Shown here in pieces: positions 59,480-64,000 of a stretch of DNA of 64,000 bases (its first letter is position 1; each line of letters opens with the position of its first letter). This DNA comes from Candidatus Methylacidiphilales bacterium (GTDB taxonomy: Bacteria > Verrucomicrobiota > Verrucomicrobiia > Methylacidiphilales > JANWVL01): assembly GCA_025056655.1 (NCBI GenBank), contig JANWVL010000082.1:813-64812 (forward strand), read 5' to 3'. The notes beneath the pieces were generated by a model, which did not search any database, was not told the origin of the DNA, and saw only the letters and a list, made by a program, of their open reading frames with translations. A program made the translations under genes and the position numbers.

Positions 59480-61504
59480 GTGAATGCTGTTGATAATAAT
59501 CTTGTCTTAAGCCTCTCTGCTGATGTTGAAATCGTCAGAGAGAGAGACGGTGTATTTATCAAGCAGATAAAGACATTAAAATATCTTTATTTGGACAATG
59601 ATGATCTTGAGATATTGCTAACGTTCGACGGCAAAAAAAATCTTGGCGAAGTGCTCTATAGCCTGCTTCAGCGACCTCAGAAGCCCTCTATCCGTAAATT
59701 CTATGATTTAGTCCTTACAGCTCAAAATTACGGACTTTTAGTTCAAGCTGACAATTGCAAAAGCCTCACTCAAGAATTTGACCCTTGGAAAGAGGAGAAT
59801 TATAAAACTGTCCGACCTAGCCTTTCTTCATATCTTTTCAGCCTCATACTCGCTATCATTTCGGCTTTAACGCTGATTTTTTATATAATTCCTAACGAAC
59901 TTGATAAGAGTGAAGATGCGTATTTTTGGATTTTTGTTGCAATCGGTGTTTCTATAGGGCTTAGCTTGAGCTCAATTTTGATGGCCATCAATCTTAAGCT
60001 TTGGAATCGAGTTCCCTATCGTTTTAGAATTAGTTTTGCTAGAATTATTCCCTACCTAGAAGTGGATACAAAAGACGCTTTTATGGGGGGGAGAATTTGT
60101 GAATCTATAACGTCATTTGTTGGGGTTCTTGGTCCAATAATTTGGGGATCTATTATATGGGTGTTAAGTTACCTTTTCCGCCCTTATGAGACCCCTGAAG
60201 GTGAATTTATTGTCCCTTTCCGTTACTTTGGTGCCCTGCATTTATCTGTATGGATAGCAATGCTAATTGAGAGCTCACCTTTCGGTGCCACTTCCATGCA
60301 GCAACTTATCCACGCGCTTTTCAGAAAACATCACGATATACCTAAGCACGCTTCACATTACCTTAAATCGAAATTCTTAGGACACTTACTGCGATGGCAC
60401 GATGAATTATCGGAGGAAAAGTATTTTATTGCTTATTCTACTTATGTAATTATATGGCTTTACTTTACTATAGATCTTGGAATCAAATTTGTTGCGGCAC
60501 AATATGCCCAAGCTATTTCGAATTTTCTAATTGAAGAAACACTAGGTCCTAGGTTCTATTTAGTGTTCGGAATAGTTATAATTGGATTTATATTATTACT
60601 CATTCCAATTTTGTATATACTCTGGGTATTTGGGTTCGGCATAGTCAAAGAGGTCCTCAAGAGATTTAGCTCAAAAGAAGGCCGTTGGAAAAAGGCCAAA
60701 GCATCAGGTAAGGTTCCTGATCAGGAGCAACTTATATCTTTCTTGAAGGAGAACATTTTATTTTCTGATTTGCCAAGAGAGCGCATTATAGATTTAATTC
60801 CTTACTTTAAATTAATTCATGTCAAAAAAGGGCAAACCCTTATACGTGAAGGAGACGATGGCGATTTGTTGTTTATAATTTGGGCTGGTGAAGTAAATGT
60901 TATTAAAGAAACAGAAAGTGGTCAACAAAAGGTATTAGCCACCCTTTCTAGAGGAGACATTTTTGGAGAAATTGCTCTTTTGAATAATGTCAAACGCACA
61001 ACCTCTGTGGTTGCAACGACACCTGTAGATTGTCTGATTCTCAAACGAGACGATTTTCAGCGTGAGATTGTAAGTCGGTTAGGAGCTCAAACTGTTGCAG
61101 AAAAAATCCAACGTGCAGGCTTCTTTAGAAGAACAGAGTTGTTTTCAGATTGGAATCCTAAAGCTATCGTGGCATTAACTTCTCGTTGTAAGCTACAAGA
61201 ATTTAACGATCAGGATATTTTGATTCACGAAGGCCAAGAAAACAAGAATTTTTACTTACTCTATGAAGGTAAATTAGATGTGTATAAGAACAAAAAACAT
61301 ATAGCAACTTTAGAACCAGGAAAATTTTGTGGAGAAATCAGTCTCCTAAAAAACATACCTGCCACAGCAGATGTAAAAGCTAATGGTAAAGTAAAGTGTT
61401 TTGTTTTTGACAAGGAAACTTTCCTTGAAATTGTCACTAAAGATTTCTTCACAGGTTATCTGCTCGATGAAGAATTAGAAAAACGTTTAGCTTGCTCAAT
61501 TTGA
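59480..61504 (+). CDS. polytopic membrane protein with two C-terminal cyclic-nucleotide-binding (CNB) domains
   Basis: 674 aa, GTG start (uncertain). Several TM helices in the middle. Two CNB signatures, GDIFGEIALLNNVKRTTSVVA and GKFCGEISLLKNIPATADVKA. Low GC. Confidence 0.8.
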   Translation: MNAVDNNLVLSLSADVEIVRERDGVFIKQIKTLKYLYLDNDDLEILLTFDGKKNLGEVLYSLLQRPQKPSIRKFYDLVLTAQNYGLLVQADNCKSLTQEFDPWKEENYKTVRPSLSSYLFSLILAIISALTLIFYIIPNELDKSEDAYFWIFVAIGVSIGLSLSSILMAINLKLWNRVPYRFRISFARIIPYLEVDTKDAFMGGRICESITSFVGVLGPIIWGSIIWVLSYLFRPYETPEGEFIVPFRYFGALHLSVWIAMLIESSPFGATSMQQLIHALFRKHHDIPKHASHYLKSKFLGHLLRWHDELSEEKYFIAYSTYVIIWLYFTIDLGIKFVAAQYAQAISNFLIEETLGPRFYLVFGIVIIGFILLLIPILYILWVFGFGIVKEVLKRFSSKEGRWKKAKASGKVPDQEQLISFLKENILFSDLPRERIIDLIPYFKLIHVKKGQTLIREGDDGDLLFIIWAGEVNVIKETESGQQKVLATLSRGDIFGEIALLNNVKRTTSVVATTPVDCLILKRDDFQREIVSRLGAQTVAEKIQRAGFFRRTELFSDWNPKAIVALTSRCKLQEFNDQDILIHEGQENKNFYLLYEGKLDVYKNKKHIATLEPGKFCGEISLLKNIPATADVKANGKVKCFVFDKETFLEIVTKDFFTGYLLDEELEKRLACSI

Positions 61505-61511
61505 TTTTTCT

Positions 61512-62012
61512 ATGCTGCGATATTTCAAACTTATCCCTGCGCTACTTTTAGTCGGTCTGGTAATATACTTCAGTATAGTGTTCAGTGTTGGTATTAGGTC
61601 AGCTATCAACAAGATTAATAAAATTATTACTGTAAAAGACATAAATTCAATAATGAGAGAAATCGAAAAGCATTATCTTACATTCAACAAAATCCCTAAC
61701 AACCAAGAACTTCGCGTAATCATTGAAGAAAGTGTAATTATCAAAAACCGTCTTTGGGGAGCAAAAGAACCATGGAAAGATATATGGGGAACTCCATTTT
61801 TACTTACCCATTCTCCAGAAGGCAAAATCGTTCTACAAAGCGCAGGTCCGGATAAAGTTTTTTCACATATAGATCCACTCAGTCAAGAAGCAATATCGAA
61901 TACGAGCTTACTCGGCGATGACGTAGCTTTACATACCTCTGAGAAAGCAATTATAGAAAAGTATAAACAAAATTCCGAATCCTATTTTAACACTTCTGAT
62001 AGTCAGCCATAA
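61512..62012 (+). CDS. membrane-anchored protein with a type II secretion GspG-like (pseudopilin C-terminal) domain, lacking a prepilin cleavage motif
   Basis: 166 aa, starting 7 nt after the upstream stop. N-terminal hydrophobic helix. DIWGTPFLLTHSPEGKIVLQSAGPDKVF resembles the DPWG...S.G.DG core of GspG. Confidence 0.55.
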   Translation: MLRYFKLIPALLLVGLVIYFSIVFSVGIRSAINKINKIITVKDINSIMREIEKHYLTFNKIPNNQELRVIIEESVIIKNRLWGAKEPWKDIWGTPFLLTHSPEGKIVLQSAGPDKVFSHIDPLSQEAISNTSLLGDDVALHTSEKAIIEKYKQNSESYFNTSDSQP

Positions 62013-62039
62013 GCATCCTTCAACTAACATTGCCAGTCT

Positions 62040-62867
62040 CTAGTCAGCTAAGAAAGGATTATATCTTTTTTCGGCACCGACTGTGGTCAACGGCCCATGC
62101 CCGGGTGCAAGAACTGTCTCATCAGGTAAACATAAAATTTTTTTCCTGAGCACCTTTCTAGCTGACTCAAAATCTCCGCGCACTTTACCCATTGTGCCAG
62201 CCATAATTGCATCGCCAGTAAATGCAACCCAAGGACTACCGCCGCGTATAAGATACGTTACTCCACCAGGTGAGTGGCCTGGTGTTTCCAACACTTCTAT
62301 AGTCCATGTGCCGAGACTAAACGAATCCCCTTCTTCTACAGGAAGGGTGCCAGCTATGTGCTCACGTGCATGAATGAAACTCGGTGCTCCTGTTTTTTCC
62401 ATCAACCGATCGACCTCATACACATGATCTCCATCACCATGGGTCAGAAGAATCATTTTAACCGAAAGCTTGTGCCTACTGATAAACTCTAAAATCGGAT
62501 CCGCATCCATTCCTGTATCAACGATGCAAGCCTCTAGCGTATCAAGATGCCAACAAATATAAGCATTAACTGATGTAGGTGAGAATGGCGTCACCACTTG
62601 ATGTAGATGAGGCACAAATATCTCCCCCGGATGCCACTTATTTTGAGCGATCTCAGCCAAGGCTCTAGCATTTAAACCCAGATATTCAGCAGCCCTTGGG
62701 CCATAATTTTCATGCCAGACACCATTTTTTAGATCTCGCCAAACTTCTACAGGAATCTGCATCTCCCTCGCTAAGGCTTGATCTCCCAGTCTCGAGGCGA
62801 GTTGGGCATAAGCCAGTGCCTTACGAACTATATCCACATAGCTGTCCTCAAGCGGAATGCGATCCAT
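62040..62867 (-). CDS. MBL-fold metallo-hydrolase (glyoxalase II-like) with an about 90-aa HTH-like N-terminal extension
   Basis: 275 aa. THGDGDH (variant of HxHxDH), TPGHSPGG, FTGDAIM, PGHGP. The N-terminal LGDQALAREMQIPVEVWRDLKNG looks XRE-HTH-like. Confidence 0.8.
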   Translation of the reverse strand: MDRIPLEDSYVDIVRKALAYAQLASRLGDQALAREMQIPVEVWRDLKNGVWHENYGPRAAEYLGLNARALAEIAQNKWHPGEIFVPHLHQVVTPFSPTSVNAYICWHLDTLEACIVDTGMDADPILEFISRHKLSVKMILLTHGDGDHVYEVDRLMEKTGAPSFIHAREHIAGTLPVEEGDSFSLGTWTIEVLETPGHSPGGVTYLIRGGSPWVAFTGDAIMAGTMGKVRGDFESARKVLRKKILCLPDETVLAPGHGPLTTVGAEKRYNPFLAD

Positions 62868-62948
62868 GATTGTCTCCTATCATAAATCCTTCATCGAAGC
62901 GATATAAACCGGCATTGACACCCATGAATGTCGCGCTAGTTTACCCAC

Positions 62949-63020
62949 GGGACGATAGCTCAACGGTAGAGCAGGAGCCTTTTAAGCTCTAGGTTCAGGG
63001 TTCGAATCCCTGTCGTCCCA
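62949..63020 (+). tRNA. tRNA-Lys (anticodon UUU)
   Basis: GGGACGATAGCTCAACGGTAGAGCAGGAGCCTTTTAAGCTCTAGGTTCAGGGTTCGAATCCCTGTCGTCCCA. 7-bp acceptor stem, anticodon loop CTTTTAA, T-loop TTCGAAT. Confidence 0.9.
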
Positions 63021-63029
63021 ATGATTATT

Positions 63030-64000
63030 TTAGCAACTTTTAGCCGCCTGAATACATTGAACAACGGCCTCGACATGTGCCGTCAAATCATGCTGACGAG
63101 CTAAATCTTGAGCAGCTTTTCCCATGATTGCACGCTTTGCCGGATCTCGCAGTTGATCTAAGGCTGTGACCATGCCGTTGATATCATCGGATCTCTCTAA
63201 AATAAAGCCTTCGCGGCCATGCTGCATTCTCTCACTGGCTCCGTTTGACTTCGTTGTGACCACAGGTAAGCCTGCCGCCCAAGCCTCCAACGTCGCATTG
63301 GCACAAGGATCATACAAGGTTGGAAAAATGAAAACATCCGCTGCCGCATAAACATCCGGCATCGAAATTGGTGGAGGTTTTTCGATGGCCAAAAATTTAT
63401 AACCGCCAGCCTGTTTCACAGCCTCCTTAGCATAATAATACCCCTTACGCTCGCGCCCCACACCCACAAATAGGGCAACCAGCTGGTTTGCAGACAACCC
63501 CAGACGCTCGCGTGCCATATCTCGAGAGCCCGATGCAAATCGTTTGAAATCCACTCCGTTATAAATCAAAGTCATACGCTCGATCGGATAACCAGCTGCC
63601 AAAAACTCATCCCTCACCATTCTTGAATTCACAATCACGCGTCTTAGCCCTTGCCCTTCAATCATCCTCTTTTCCAATCCTAACATCTCCCAATTCTTCA
63701 ATTTAAGCCAATTGTGAATTCGCCCAACAATTGGTGAATACTGCACACGCCGTCGAAGCCACGCTGCATGTAGGCCATCACCTGCTCGATAAAGGTCGGC
63801 TTCGTAAACGCGTTCCAAACTAAAGAGAAATTTCTGAGGGTGTCTTCTTTTCCACTGTTGAAGGGCTTCTGCAAACTGCCTGGGACTTTTACTCGCAATG
63901 GCTGTGATTTTTTCAAAAGGTCCTTTTGCCTTTTCATTCCAAGTCTCACAGAGCAGCTCCAGTGAAAAGCCGCATTTGTTCAATCTTTCGGCAAGGTGAG
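63030..64000 (-). CDS. GT4 (group 1) glycosyltransferase, 5' end beyond the right window edge
   Basis: The ORF-track ORF starts at a TTG (63983), but the frame stays open to the window end (...HLAERLNKCGFS...). C-terminal GT4 motif FIFPTLYDPCANATLEAWAAGLPVV. Confidence 0.8.
   Translation of the reverse strand, partial: HLAERLNKCGFSLELLCETWNEKAKGPFEKITAIASKSPRQFAEALQQWKRRHPQKFLFSLERVYEADLYRAGDGLHAAWLRRRVQYSPIVGRIHNWLKLKNWEMLGLEKRMIEGQGLRRVIVNSRMVRDEFLAAGYPIERMTLIYNGVDFKRFASGSRDMARERLGLSANQLVALFVGVGRERKGYYYAKEAVKQAGGYKFLAIEKPPPISMPDVYAAADVFIFPTLYDPCANATLEAWAAGLPVVTTKSNGASERMQHGREGFILERSDDINGMVTALDQLRDPAKRAIMGKAAQDLARQHDLTAHVEAVVQCIQAAKSC

Noticed and set aside
59290-63020. The low-GC block as a classical tRNA-integrated genomic island.
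   Set aside because: There is no integrase, transposase or phage gene. I could not find direct repeats of a tRNA 3' end. Both flanking tRNAs face the block with their 5' ends, whereas integration normally targets the 3' end.

Overview
The window is 64 kb of chromosome from a diderm (Gram-negative-type) bacterium. The gene content (futalosine menaquinone genes, RRM RNA-binding protein, GspG-like protein, Mla system, system II cytochrome c maturation) loosely suggests the PVC/Verrucomicrobia group, but I cannot establish this without a search. I support 57 CDS and 3 tRNAs, and I saw no rRNA, CRISPR array, transposase or integrase. Most of the window is tightly packed housekeeping, largely on the + strand:
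- mfd, surA-like/pdxA, argA, ileS, proBA
- a Trx-like/P1B-ATPase/ResB/CcsA cytochrome c maturation cluster, then an orphan nuoH
- a sigma54-driven glnB-amtB-glnK unit
- purU, then an Rrf2-porin-cysPTWA sulfate unit
- mlaEFD-ispD-CPBP-MGDG synthase
- nadA, gltA, rfbF, aspC, thrB, kpsF, purEK, coaC, gmk, mqnA/mqnE

Regions that look accessory or unusual:
1. The left edge carries a secreted RHS/YD-repeat gene that is absent from the ORF track because it runs off the window. Its start is split between two frames at a CUU-UAA site. It is preceded by an unknown membrane-anchored protein and a 1.1 kb AT-rich non-coding region.
2. A low-GC two-gene block at 59.4-62.0 kb encodes a polytopic membrane protein with two cyclic-nucleotide-binding domains plus a GspG-like anchored protein.
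3. A PHP-phosphoesterase/GT4 glycosyltransferase fusion lies convergent with an FPGT/Fkp-like nucleotidyltransferase.
4. An alkaline-phosphatase-fold protein appears to have lost the catalytic serine and most metal ligands.
5. A repeated inverted-repeat operator candidate accompanies the Rrf2 regulator.
6. Synonymous-site composition shows a strong, regionally variable strand asymmetry, which also generates many long spurious ORFs.

All calls rest on by-eye translation and motif recognition. No database search or computation was run.
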